Source: Schizosaccharomyces osmophilus (lineage: Eukaryota). From it: a stretch of DNA of 64,000 nt. The notes under the pieces are model-generated. The model searched no databases. It saw nothing but the letters and a program-made list of their open reading frames with translations, and had not been told where the DNA came from. The translations under genes and the position numbers were made by a program. Shown here in pieces: positions 1 to 10,460 of this stretch (positions are counted from its first letter, which is position 1; each line of letters opens with the position of its first letter). The stretch covers positions 2,790,001 to 2,854,000 of the forward strand of contig NC_079239.1 of assembly GCF_027921745.1 (NCBI RefSeq). The letters run 5' to 3'.

Positions 1-1579
1 AGGGTAACATATTCGATGTATATAAGTCTATGTTTCCATAAGTATTTTTTGGGACAATATCGGCTACGACAGGCTTAGGTGTATAAAGATCTGTTTGATC
101 TTCACCATACAAAGGAATGGTTCCCTTTGTTTTATCTTTAACGTACTTCAAAGGTTGGACTCTAGGTTTTACGATACGACCTTTGCGATACCAACGGTCA
201 GCAGAAAAAACGAGTTTAACATATTTCCTGGGATAAACTAATTCTACCCCCTTGTTAGTGGATATTCTTCCGCATGATTTCTTGGGTTCAATAACTTCGT
301 TTTTTCGTAGATGTCTTTCAATAGCGAACACCGGATGATCCTTAAGGTCTTGAATATTTTTTGGAATCCCTTCTGCTTGTTCTAGTCTCAATAATTCTGC
401 ATCCTCTATGGCATCACTATCCATATACACATCTTGGGGCTTCTTTAACTTGGATAAAAACATATTTAACCAATCACTACCAAAAGGAACTATTTCAAGT
501 CGATTCCTCATGATACGATAATACCGCGAGGTATACCGCCTCGTAACATCTTTCAGATATCCACCGGAATCAACTGCAAATACATAAGTCATTTGGTTTA
601 ATGAATCAGAAGTAGATGGTTCGAAACGGCTTGGTTTACCCACAGAAGAGGCATCACCGAACGGATCAATGCAAACCCATTTCTGCATTGAGGTATTGAA
701 TACTTCGGCCCAAAAAACGGGCTTTGAAGAATCAATAAGTTGTGGCTGATGGAAGCCGGGTGATGCACGAACCACAGAAGAAGATGAAAAACTTGGCTTC
801 AGTGTTCTTCTACGTTTCGAAGCCGTTGAATCGGCAGGAGAAGCATTTGGTGAAAAGAGATATTCCAAACTATCTTGAGGAGAGGAATCAGTACTAATTT
901 GCGGACTTTGTCCTTCTGCGGACGCACCAACAAAGCGGAAACTCAGAGTCTGTAAAGAAAAAACCAGACGTGTAGGAACATCTAAACATCGAAGAAGAGA
1001 AACGAATAACTGAGAACCTATATCTCGATCACCTTCAAGAGACTTCGCGGCCCTTAAAAAGTCTTCTTTGGACACAGGTTCATAACTCAACGTATCATTT
1101 TGCAAAGCCCCGTACCAAGGTTTTCGTAGCCCATTCCTGATAAGTTTAAACTGACGCTTCCAAATTTCAGTTAGCACAACTAAAGCCTGGAGAAAGCTTT
1201 TGTTTCGGATCATTTGAGATTTCTGGGATGAGCAGTGTAGAGACGCTTTTACGCCTGGTGGTACAAGCCTGGCAAGATTTTTTAAAATCTTATCATTGCA
1301 CCATGAATTCCGAATACACAGATGGTAGGTAAGACAGAGTAGGTGCATTTGATGAATTTGCAGACGGATTTTTCGGTCGGCTGCTGTAATCTTTAAAGTG
1401 ATTTTTTTCGCCGGCTTCTTCTGTTGAGCCACATTTTCGTCTATGTGTATATTCTTTTCCGTATTCAGGTCAAGCGGTCGCTCTTCAAATAAGGTCTGGC
1501 TTTTGATGGCTGCTGGCTGACCCAAATCTAAATCAAGCCAGTCTTCTTCATCTTCACTGAATGATTCTTCATAAGACAT
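1..1579 (-). CDS. rhp41: XPC/Rad4-family nucleotide excision repair protein (3' part runs off the window start)
   Basis: Manual minus-strand translation from ATG 1579: MSYEESFSEDEEDWLDLDLG...DRKIRLQIHQMHLLCL...GDRDIGSQLFVSLLRCLDVPTRLVFSLQ...FWAEVFNTSMQKWVCIDPF...DVTRRYT...PKNIQDLKDHPVFAIERHLRKNEVI, which are Rad4 transglutaminase-like and BHD motifs. rhp41 rather than rhp42 is chosen from recalled synteny with gid8/mug157. Confidence 0.88.
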   Translation of the reverse strand, partial: MSYEESFSEDEEDWLDLDLGQPAAIKSQTLFEERPLDLNTEKNIHIDENVAQQKKPAKKITLKITAADRKIRLQIHQMHLLCLTYHLCIRNSWCNDKILKNLARLVPPGVKASLHCSSQKSQMIRNKSFLQALVVLTEIWKRQFKLIRNGLRKPWYGALQNDTLSYEPVSKEDFLRAAKSLEGDRDIGSQLFVSLLRCLDVPTRLVFSLQTLSFRFVGASAEGQSPQISTDSSPQDSLEYLFSPNASPADSTASKRRRTLKPSFSSSSVVRASPGFHQPQLIDSSKPVFWAEVFNTSMQKWVCIDPFGDASSVGKPSRFEPSTSDSLNQMTYVFAVDSGGYLKDVTRRYTSRYYRIMRNRLEIVPFGSDWLNMFLSKLKKPQDVYMDSDAIEDAELLRLEQAEGIPKNIQDLKDHPVFAIERHLRKNEVIEPKKSCGRISTNKGVELVYPRKYVKLVFSADRWYRKGRIVKPRVQPLKYVKDKTKGTIPLYGEDQTDLYTPKPVVADIVPKNTYGNIDLYTSNMLP

Positions 1580-2232
1580 TTTTTTAAATAAATAATCTAG
1601 GTGTTATCCTTTGCACATAAATTTTAAACACGTCCTATGTTTAAGCAAACAAAATCCAAATTCCAACGGATTTTTTGCCCAAAATTAAATCAAACTTAGT
1701 TAAAATTATTTACACAAATGAAAATTTCAAGGCAGTTTCGCCAATTCTGTTCATATTCAAATATTTCCTTGCTTTTAGTGGTTTGTAATGGAGCCTCAAA
1801 TTCAACACAGATGTTTCATTTTAACGAGATTTCAATCTCTTTCAACTTAATAATATAGAATCTAGCCATTTGAAAGAATAATAATAAGACTCTTCAATAG
1901 TAGTTTTTTCAAATCTAAAGTCTGTTTTCTCTCGCTTTTCTTTTTATTACATACGTTTTTATAACGAAATTCATAATCCTTCTGCGAAGTGGATGACACT
2001 ACTGGATTGTGCTTGGTTTTGGAGACCATAAGAAAAAGAAAGTATTAAAGAGCGAATTTTTTGTTAGTATTCGTTTAGTATTCCAAATATAGACCAGAAA
2101 TTTGGAAGAAATCATCTAGCTGGATCAAGCGACTGCATTCCCATTAATCAATCTTGAAATTACAGAGAATTCGACACTGTACAAGTAGTGCAGAGTAACT
2201 GAACGTTGTTTACTACCAATTGAGATTTTGCA

Positions 2233-3048
2233 ATGATGGGAGAATCTGGCTCATCTTCTGCTGACATTTTCATGAGCGATGGCTCTTCACCGAACTCTGA
2301 AACATGGGAAGACCGTTGTCGTAATATTCGATTAAACACGGCGTAAGTGATTTGCACTTAGGAGAGACTAACATTTTCTTTTAATCCAGGGACATCAACT
2401 TGTTAGTACTAGACTACTTGATCATTCAGGGAAATGAACAAGGAGCTCGTATTTTTGCAACTGAGGCTGGAATTGAAGATTACTTTATTCCAGGAAGTAT
2501 CAGAGAGCGCATGGAAGTGTGTGAATTAATCCGACAAGGATCCATAAACTCGGCAATGTATCAGCTTAATGAATTAGATCCTGAGGTATGCCATTAATCA
2601 CAGATGATTTGCTTCTAACTCATATTTGAAGATTTTGGACAAAAGTACTGAGCTTCTTTTTGAACTTTTGCGCTTAAAGTTGATTGAACTTATTCGCGAA
2701 GCCATGAATCGAGAGGATGCTTCAGATGCTACGATCGAGAAATGCTTGGCATTTGCTACCGAGAATTTGGCTCCAATTGCTCCTTTGAATCCTTCTTTTC
2801 TCACTTCACTAGAGCTAACCATGTCTTTGCTTTGTTTTTCACCTACTTCTTATACACCAGCTTTAAAGAATGCGCTAGATCCTTCTCAACGTGAACGTGT
2901 TGCAAATTTGGCAAACCTGGCGATGCTCAAATCTCAAGGCCTGCCGAATGAATCTCGGCTTCTCGCCTTAGTCAATTTTGAGAGCTGGTGTAGAAAGCAA
3001 GCAGAGAAGCAGTCTATCCTTGCCCCTCCATTTGCTACAAGTCCTTAA
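2233..3048 (+). CDS. gid8: GID/CTLH complex subunit Gid8 (LisH-CTLH-CRA), 3 exons: 2233-2342, 2390-2585, 2632-3048
   Basis: GTAAGT..CTAAC..CAG and GTATGC..CTAAC..AAG introns join in frame. LisH (DINLLVLDYLIIQG), CTLH (ERMEVCELIRQGSINSAMYQLNELDPEIL...LLFELLRLKLIELIR) and CRA (LDPSQRERVANLAN) segments are present. Confidence 0.85.
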
Positions 3049-4142
3049 TGACTACCATTTGTTACGATTGTATGAATATATAAATTACAATGTTATCATG
3101 ATCTTTCGATGGATTAACATCTGAAATAGCAAGTATATGAGTGTCAATATAATGAATTAAAGCTATTAAAAAAAGCTGTCTAAAAAAAAAGGGTATAGAA
3201 AGATTAAATGATTGATGCTGTTTATTGCAAAAATTAGGCGTAAAATTAATTTTGTTTGCTGCAACGAATATGCATATTCATTAATCAAATCGACGAAAAT
3301 TAGTGAAAGTAAATTAGTCTGTCGATAAATAAAAAAGGAGTTTTTGGGAACCATTATCCTGACGGTTCTATCAATATTATCCACGATCGATACTCCATTC
3401 TCTTGGTATAAAAAGGAATCGTAACCAGCATATTTGAATACGTGATGGCCTGTAACTAGTGTAAGGCTAATTCGCTGTGTGCAAAGCAAAAGCCAGATGT
3501 CTAGTGCAAAAGAAGATTACGTTTTTGGGAATTTCAATTAAATATCCAGCAAATCTTTTCAAATGGGACATAAATAAAAACAACTGAGACTTTACAAAAG
3601 GCAGTATGGTCTTCCAACTAATATTAGAAGCGATGTATCCAAAAAGTAATGAACGACTTTGTCGACTTTATCAAAATTTGTATAGTGGATCATTTCAATC
3701 ATAGATGTGCAGTCTTTCATACTCCCTCTTTTATAGGTAATTTCACAGCTTCCAACGATAATACTAGAGGGATCCAAATTTCATAATCACCAACAACAAA
3801 GTCATCTCGTTCGTGAAAGCTTGCGTATTATCCATAAAACATAACCTAGTATATTTGAAATTTTTTTGCCGTTGAGCTCAGATAAAAAAGGAAAAAAGAT
3901 AGTAGTACAGCTTAATATTCTATGCGTTGACATGAATGTACAACAAAAAGGAACGGTTGATGTAAACCACCAAACAAGTTTAGGTCCAAAGTGAAATTCT
4001 TCGGATCACATCCAAGTTTGACTTCAGGAATTGCATTTCTTCTTCTTAATTTAGAAGTAATGGAATTGTAGAAACAAACAGAACGGCCAACTCCTTTAGA
4101 TTATCCAAAGTAGACCAAACACTCAGGCTACCCTTAAGTATA

Positions 4143-4931
4143 TTAGTCTGCAGACCTTTCCTGAATATTAGCAAGGGGAGTTGCGTCCCATTCACCAAGG
4201 TTCAGAGAAGAAGGGGAATTAGGAGCGCTTCTTCGGTTTAAAATAGACGCATAGCCCTCCGTTTTTCGACTCGGTACTGTGTGCAGACATTCTACTGGAG
4301 AAAACTGCCGTGACTCATTGTCGAAGGATGTACTTGGTACGGAGGAGAAAGTAGAACTTGCTGAAGTCCGAGTATGAAGTGCTAATCTTGGATTGCTCCC
4401 ACTTGTATCCTCTTTGTATAAATGTAATGGGAAAGAAATAGAGGTAGATTCAGGCCGAATATTCAAAGAACGGGAACGACCAATATGAAAGGATTTTTTT
4501 CTAGGAAGCTGTCCTTTCGTAAATGTTCTCTCCGTAATCAATCTATTGGGTGTATGAACCTGATAATTACAATCCAAATCACTTGGTGATGGTACAATCT
4601 CTGTCTGTACAGGAAGCCGATGATGATTATTGTTTTGGAAGAAGGTAATAGAAGATGGGCTTGAATGACTGGAAGGAGGAGTATTTTTGGAAAACAGGGT
4701 TTTTACACGATTACTGAACCGACGCGCATATTGGGTAAGCCTTCCTTTAGGAGGCTCTGGAGCAGCTCGTGTTGGATGCAAATCGCTGGGAAAATCAGAA
4801 ACTGAATAACTTGGCACATGTCTTGATCTCCTTGGCTTTTCAGGCCCAAAGTCTTGACTCAGTCTTTTCCAAAAACTGCTCTTTTTACGATTCAAAGACA
4901 CGCCATCTTCAGGGAAATTCTCAGGGAACAT
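4143..4931 (-). CDS. Ser/Pro-rich basic protein, probably the N-terminal part of a Tea5/Ppk2-like pseudokinase; 3' exons unresolved (possibly down to ~3166)
   Basis: 262-aa ATG-initiated ORF between gid8 and RNase H2-C, the position recalled for S. pombe tea5/ppk2. A weak kinase subdomain-IX-like string (DIWLLLC...LVTGHHVF) lies near 3440-3500 on the same strand, but I could not build a clean spliced frame to it. Confidence 0.5.
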   Translation of the reverse strand: MFPENFPEDGVSLNRKKSSFWKRLSQDFGPEKPRRSRHVPSYSVSDFPSDLHPTRAAPEPPKGRLTQYARRFSNRVKTLFSKNTPPSSHSSPSSITFFQNNNHHRLPVQTEIVPSPSDLDCNYQVHTPNRLITERTFTKGQLPRKKSFHIGRSRSLNIRPESTSISFPLHLYKEDTSGSNPRLALHTRTSASSTFSSVPSTSFDNESRQFSPVECLHTVPSRKTEGYASILNRRSAPNSPSSLNLGEWDATPLANIQERSAD

Positions 4932-5587
4932 TCAAAAAGAAAAGAAAATGATGATAATTATGTACTTTACCTCTACGAAAGAAATTGACGAAATCCCTAA
5001 ACCATAAACAAGCGTTTAAAGGGAAATACTTAATGAAAAAGAAAAATCAAATAAAAAGAAAGAAACAAAAAGCAAAATAGTAAAACAAAAAAGCAGAAAC
5101 CAAAAAGGGCTTTTCCTAGTGAAAAGAAAACACGAACAAAAGAAGGACGAAATGTTTTCAAATCAGATAATCAAAATTAAAGAGGTTATTGGTTTGACAT
5201 GAAGTGTTAAGATACCGCTTTCACTTGGATTTATTTGTTGTCAATACAAATATTGAAAACGTATGGTTAAATGAAAGTGAAATGGACTGTGACCTGTTAG
5301 GATAACAACGATTGTTTACCACGAAGAGAAATCATAGAAGCATATCCAAAGTTGAGATACAGGCACAAAGCATAAAGAAATAATCAAGGCATATAAGCAT
5401 ATGCTTAAACAAATAAAGAGAGTGAGAATCGATTAAGTGATTAGCTATAATAAAAAGTCTAGAAAGCTTAAAGAGAAATTTGAAAGATAAGAAGAAAAGG
5501 ATATAACTTAGAAAATGAATAACGAAAAGAGTGAGAGGAAGGAAATTGTGTTCAGAATTCTCGAAAACTGAACCTTTTTCCCCGTTT

Positions 5588-6095
5588 TTATTCGGTACTA
5601 GCAATCTGAAAAGAATGGTTAGCTGTTTACATGGTAGAAACCAAGAAAACGTACTTTGGATGCAAATTGAGTCCACTCAACGATACCCTTGTACCATTGG
5701 TTTTGCTCGATAGATGTGGATACATCACGATCCCAAATTTTGAATTGCGAGAAAGTTGATGATGTCTGACAATGCTCTTCGGAAACACTTGCTTCATCCT
5801 CGTTGTTGTCTAGTTCATTGCCAGCGTAGAACTGATCTGCCCTGTCCGGTAATGGAAAATGGACACATTCACCCATATAACCTTCAGGCAGCTCTAGTGT
5901 TCTTCCATTCAGTTCTCTACCTCGAAAATAAGCCAAATCAGTATTCCTAGAGCCGTCCTTTTTTGAAATTTTGTCGTGAAAAAACTCAGAAACTGAAGCT
6001 GGTCCATCAAAATCAATAAAACACGGCATTAAGGACACTTTTTCTTCCAGTTTTCCTTCATTTTTGTTTTGAATTTGGATTATGGGTTTCTTCAT
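5588..6095 (-). CDS. rnh203: Ribonuclease H2 subunit C (Rnh203), 2 exons
   Basis: LMPCFIDFDGPASVSEFF, AYFRGRELNG..LELPEGYMG, FSQFKIWD and IVEWTQFASK are RNase H2-C motifs. A GTACGT..CTAAC..CAG intron adds IASTE-stop at 5588. Confidence 0.85.
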
Positions 6096-6576
6096 CTCTT
6101 AAGGATATGTCTCGAACGTGATTTTATTTTGGTTCTGGGAACGCTCCATTCGATAATAAATAGGACAGAAGGTCATTGAGAACAGAGGGAAAAAGTATGA
6201 AGTTTTTTTGGTACGTTTTTCATTGCAAACGGTTATTTTGAAATTTTTTCCGTTGGAATGTACTATAAACGAAAATTGAATGGCATGATGGACAATTTCA
6301 AAGGAAATTATTTCGCACCCACGCTGATGATTGTTTATGACACAAATTTTACCAATTTTACTGCTTTCTTTGATTTAAATAAAAAATAGTGACTATCCAT
6401 TCATTGTGACAATTATAGACACATCACTTTTAAACAATTTGAGGAACTATGGAAATGAACTCGGCATGATCACTATTGTTTTCTGTATAAAAAAGATAAA
6501 ACATAAATGCTTGCTGTTACGAGCAAACTACCTCTAAATTAAGCATCGTAAAAAACATATGGATAATTTCCGGTCA

Positions 6577-8223
6577 TCAACCAGAGTGGTTTTTCTTCAA
6601 CAAATGAGGCTTCCTCTCAAGTAGATCTAAAATAAGCTCGGAATATAATGAGTTTGCCCAAGAAAACCATGATCTTGTATAACGTGCAAAAGAAGTGATA
6701 TCGACAGACTCGTGCATTAAACCAAGAGAATTGGTAGAATGCTTAATTGTATTTAATAAAGAACGAATTTCATCGTCATCGTCGGAAGTGAAAGCTTGAA
6801 CAATAAGACTCATAGGCCAAACGTTGCGTAAACCAATATGGGGGCCGCCAATGCCGGAAATGACAGTACCTTTTAGGAAATATGGGTTTCCCTCTGGGCT
6901 CAAAATCATTTTCCTTGTATTCAGGTAAACAGGGTCGTCGCGTTCGACGTAGCCGAGATAAGGCAACGAAAGAAGAGAAGGAATGTTGGCATCATCCATG
7001 AAAATAGCACTTCCGTAGCCATCTACTTCATAAGCATATACTTTTCCAAATTTGGGGTGATCGACAATTCCGTGTTCCCGGATTCCGTTTGAGATTCTTC
7101 TGGCCCAAGACATGGCAAGTTTGGCTAAATCAGCGTGACCCGCAGCTTGAAGCATCTCGTGGAGATGAGAAAGCTCGACGACCATCATGGCATTTGCTGG
7201 TATAAGATACTGGAGAATGCTTGTATCGTCGGAAGGACGAAAAGCGGTTCGAATGAGCGAAGAGTTTTTGTTGAGGGGAAAACCACGACCAGAAAGACCG
7301 AGTGTTTCGGTTCCTGAATCGGTTTGACGAAGGAAGGTGTAGACGGGGTTTTTGGGAAAGCCAGTATCCTCATCAAAGGTGGGAGTGGATTGTTCTTCCA
7401 AAACCCGAAAAATTACCTGTATGGTAGAGACCCATTTAGCTGAAAAGATAGAAGAGTCTTTGCTGTAAAGCCAGTAATTATAAGAAAGTTTGAGGAAGGC
7501 AGCAAGGGAGTCAAGCTCGTACTTGCATTCAAACACAACCTGGGGATCGTAGGCTGGAGTGACGCGGTCGCTTTGACCATTGTCGTTTCCGCCAATGTGG
7601 CTTTGTTTTGGAGGCTGGAAGGCATTACAGTAGGGAAACTGGATCAGCATTTCAGCTTGTGTTTGAATGGCACCTAATATGAGGCTGGAAAGAGGACGAT
7701 CGGATTTTACCAGAGGAAGGTAAGGGGCAAGTTGATTAGCAGAGTCACGGATCCATTCAGCAGGAATGTCACCGGTGATGACCAAAGTCTGTGGATGGTC
7801 GGAATGGTCAGAATGCCAGCGTATGGTGGTGTCCAAGGTGTTTGGCATGCAATTTTCGAAAAGACGAGCAAGGTCCTCATCAGCAAGACGGCTCTTTACA
7901 TCGTCGATCGTTTGTTCTACAGCCTTGGAATGAAAGGTGCGACAGGCTTGCACAGGACGCTGGAAGGGAAGCTTTAGGGAACCGGCAAAGGGAAAGTGTT
8001 TTCTAGTAGAAAAGTCTTTGAAGTTGGGACATGACTAGACGAGCAAATAGAAGATTAGTATATATATAGAAAGAAGAAGCAACAATCCAAACTGGAGAGA
8101 AAGGGTCTATGGAGATGGATGGACAAGGGTTGGAGGAAAAAACAAACATACCTTCCAAGCAAAGTCAAAGGAATTGGCCAAAGAGACCGAAAAAAACAGG
8201 AAAAGACTCCAAAAAGCAATCAT
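6577..8223 (-). CDS. mug157: GH125 family (DUF1237) exo-alpha-1,6-mannosidase-like secreted protein, exons 8223-8152 and 8034-6577
   Basis: A signal peptide (MIAFWSLFLFFSVSLA) is spliced in frame to ENCMPNTLDTT, ITGDIPAEWIRDS, FECKYELDSL, FRPSDD, YAYEVDGYG..MDDANIPSLLSLPYLG and TRSWFSWANS. Confidence 0.92.
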
Positions 8224-10370
8224 TTGCAACGAATTGACAAATAAATCTGCCAACTGCAAAGAGCTCAACTGTGCGTAGGAATATTTACGTTTGTTGTTAA
8301 TATACATGTAGATTTGAGTACCAAGTGGGGGACATGAATGTCAACAAAGCCATTGTACGGGCAAGGAAGAAGGAATGGTAAATAAACAAAGGTGAGAGAG
8401 CAAGAGATAGATAGGATTTGTTGAGATGGTTGAAAGGAGTTTTTATATATAAAAATATATATAAAAACAGCAGTTTTTTAAGGATCCTTTTCAAAAACTC
8501 TAGTAGAATCAAGTAGAGGAGTTGTTTGGTTTACTACAATATTTTACTACAAAGTTTTGCTACGATTTCTAGCAAGAAATTGTTTCTTTTTTATATTTTT
8601 TTATTTTTATACATTTTTTGTTTCTTTGGTTGGAATCTACCCTTGAAAAAATAGAAAAAATCCATAGGATGGATATAGCCATGGGGCCTTCCTGGCATGT
8701 TTATTATCGAGAGGCTGTATTTCAAATTGGCAGCAGCTGAAGACGATGAAATGAATCGTGGAGCAAAATAAGAAATGTTTTGCAAATAGAATTCAACACA
8801 AAAAGATCTTCCCTTTCATATCCATACCTAACGCAGGAAGCTTTTGTTATAGTCAAAATAAACAAACAAATAAAATAAATAAACAAATAATAAATACACG
8901 CAGACTAGACTGTAAGGATAGATGTAGCCATGCGACAAAAACAAGCTGTAAAGAAGCATTTTCCATTTATTGAATTTTTTTAATATATTTATATTTTACT
9001 TGCTTTCCAAACGAGTTCCATACTCTTTCGTTTCTAGAGTCAATGTCAGCTATCCCTATTATTTGTGGTTCTACTTACCCTTGACAATGATCTCATGAGC
9101 TAAGAACTAAACAAAAAAAAAAAAAAAACAAAAAAGAAAAATAATCAATCTTTTATATTTCTCTTCCTTCCCTCTCTTCTTTCCATATTACAACTCACCA
9201 CTCGTTTGTAAGAATCAGATTAAAATATTTACATCTCTACACCTCCCGTCCCAACATGTTTGTTTGATCTACCGAAATAGCATGATATCATACCGTTCGA
9301 TTATATCGTACGTTCGGTAAAAAAAAGCTCATCATCCCTGGAGAGGACTCGGGTATTAATTTATATCAACGACCAATTCGAACGCTCCTTCCACCACACA
9401 CTGACCGCCATTGAGTTCACCACTCACTTTGATTCGAGAAGCATTTCTCGTAAATTTAGACCTTTTTCTTCACGAAATTTCATTCGTATTCATTACAACT
9501 AACGATAGAAAAAGAAGAAAAAAAAAAAATAGTTTCTTTTTTTTGTTTTTGTTTTTGTTTTCAAAAGAACAAGAAGTTTGAAATTTGATTTGAAATTTTT
9601 TGAAATTTTTGAAATTATAGATTTTCTTGTCTTAGTCTTTTTTTGTGTTGGTCTTGTGTTGTCGATAAATCACTTTTCCATTCGTTTCTTTCTAATCTTT
9701 TGATTTTTAAAAAGGCACAAGTGGTTTTACTAGAATTGCTTTCATTTTGGTGGATTTCCTTTAGAAGAATTGCTCTTTTTCTTTATTGTTTTGTTGTCGC
9801 TTTTTTGCACTGGTAACCTTTTGCTCTATTGGTTTTCTCTGTTTGATTTCCATCATTTTTAGTTTTGATCCATCCATTTTTTTAAGGGTTTGATTTTGTT
9901 TTTTCATTGTTTTTTTTTTCTTTTCTTTTCAATTCCTTCCCTTCTCCTCAAAACTATATCAACAAGTCGCTTGCCTCTTGTTGTGTGAGTTTTCCACAGT
10001 CCTTTTTGGTCCTCTTTCTTTGCCCACAAAGGCCAAGCTGCTCAACAGGCAACGGACGAGTTTGTCAAACGAATACAATTCTCTCTTGTTTGTAATTGTT
10101 TCTTTTATTTTTGTCGTTTCCTCGTTCCCCTTGGATAGATTGCTCTCCTCCTCTCTTGGAGTTCTTATAGATATAGCTTATTTATTTTGTTGTTTTCGTC
10201 CTTTTTCTTTTCTTTTCTTTCCTTTCTTTTCATTTTTTATTCCTATTCCCTATTCCTCTCGCTATTTCTTATTTTTTTTTGGTGATCTTTTTCACTTGAC
10301 CCTGTTTTTGTTTTTGTTTTCTGGATTTCTTTTCTCTTGTATCCTTTCTCGGTGTTTATCTTTTCCTTTT

Positions 10371-10397
10371 TGTTGTTGTTGTTGTTGTTGTTGTTGT
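10371..10397 (+). repeat. (TGT)9 microsatellite in the long pyrimidine-rich ppr5 leader
   Basis: tgttgttgttgttgttgttgttgttgt read directly. Confidence 0.9.
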
Positions 10398-10460
10398 ATT
10401 TCTCATTCTTTTTTGTTTCAATTAAACATATACTACTCTTCTCTTTCGGTCTTTGTCAAC

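Noticed and set aside
9043..9085. TGTCA...TGACA-bounded segment resembling Tf LTR termini
   Set aside because: Only about 43 bp, far shorter than a solo LTR, and no convincing target-site duplication.
9978..10460. 161-codon N-terminal extension of the ppr5 ORF, including poly-Cys
   Set aside because: It starts at TTG, is Phe/Leu/Ser-rich only because the leader is T-rich, and the poly-Cys is a TGT microsatellite. The first ATG is at 10461.
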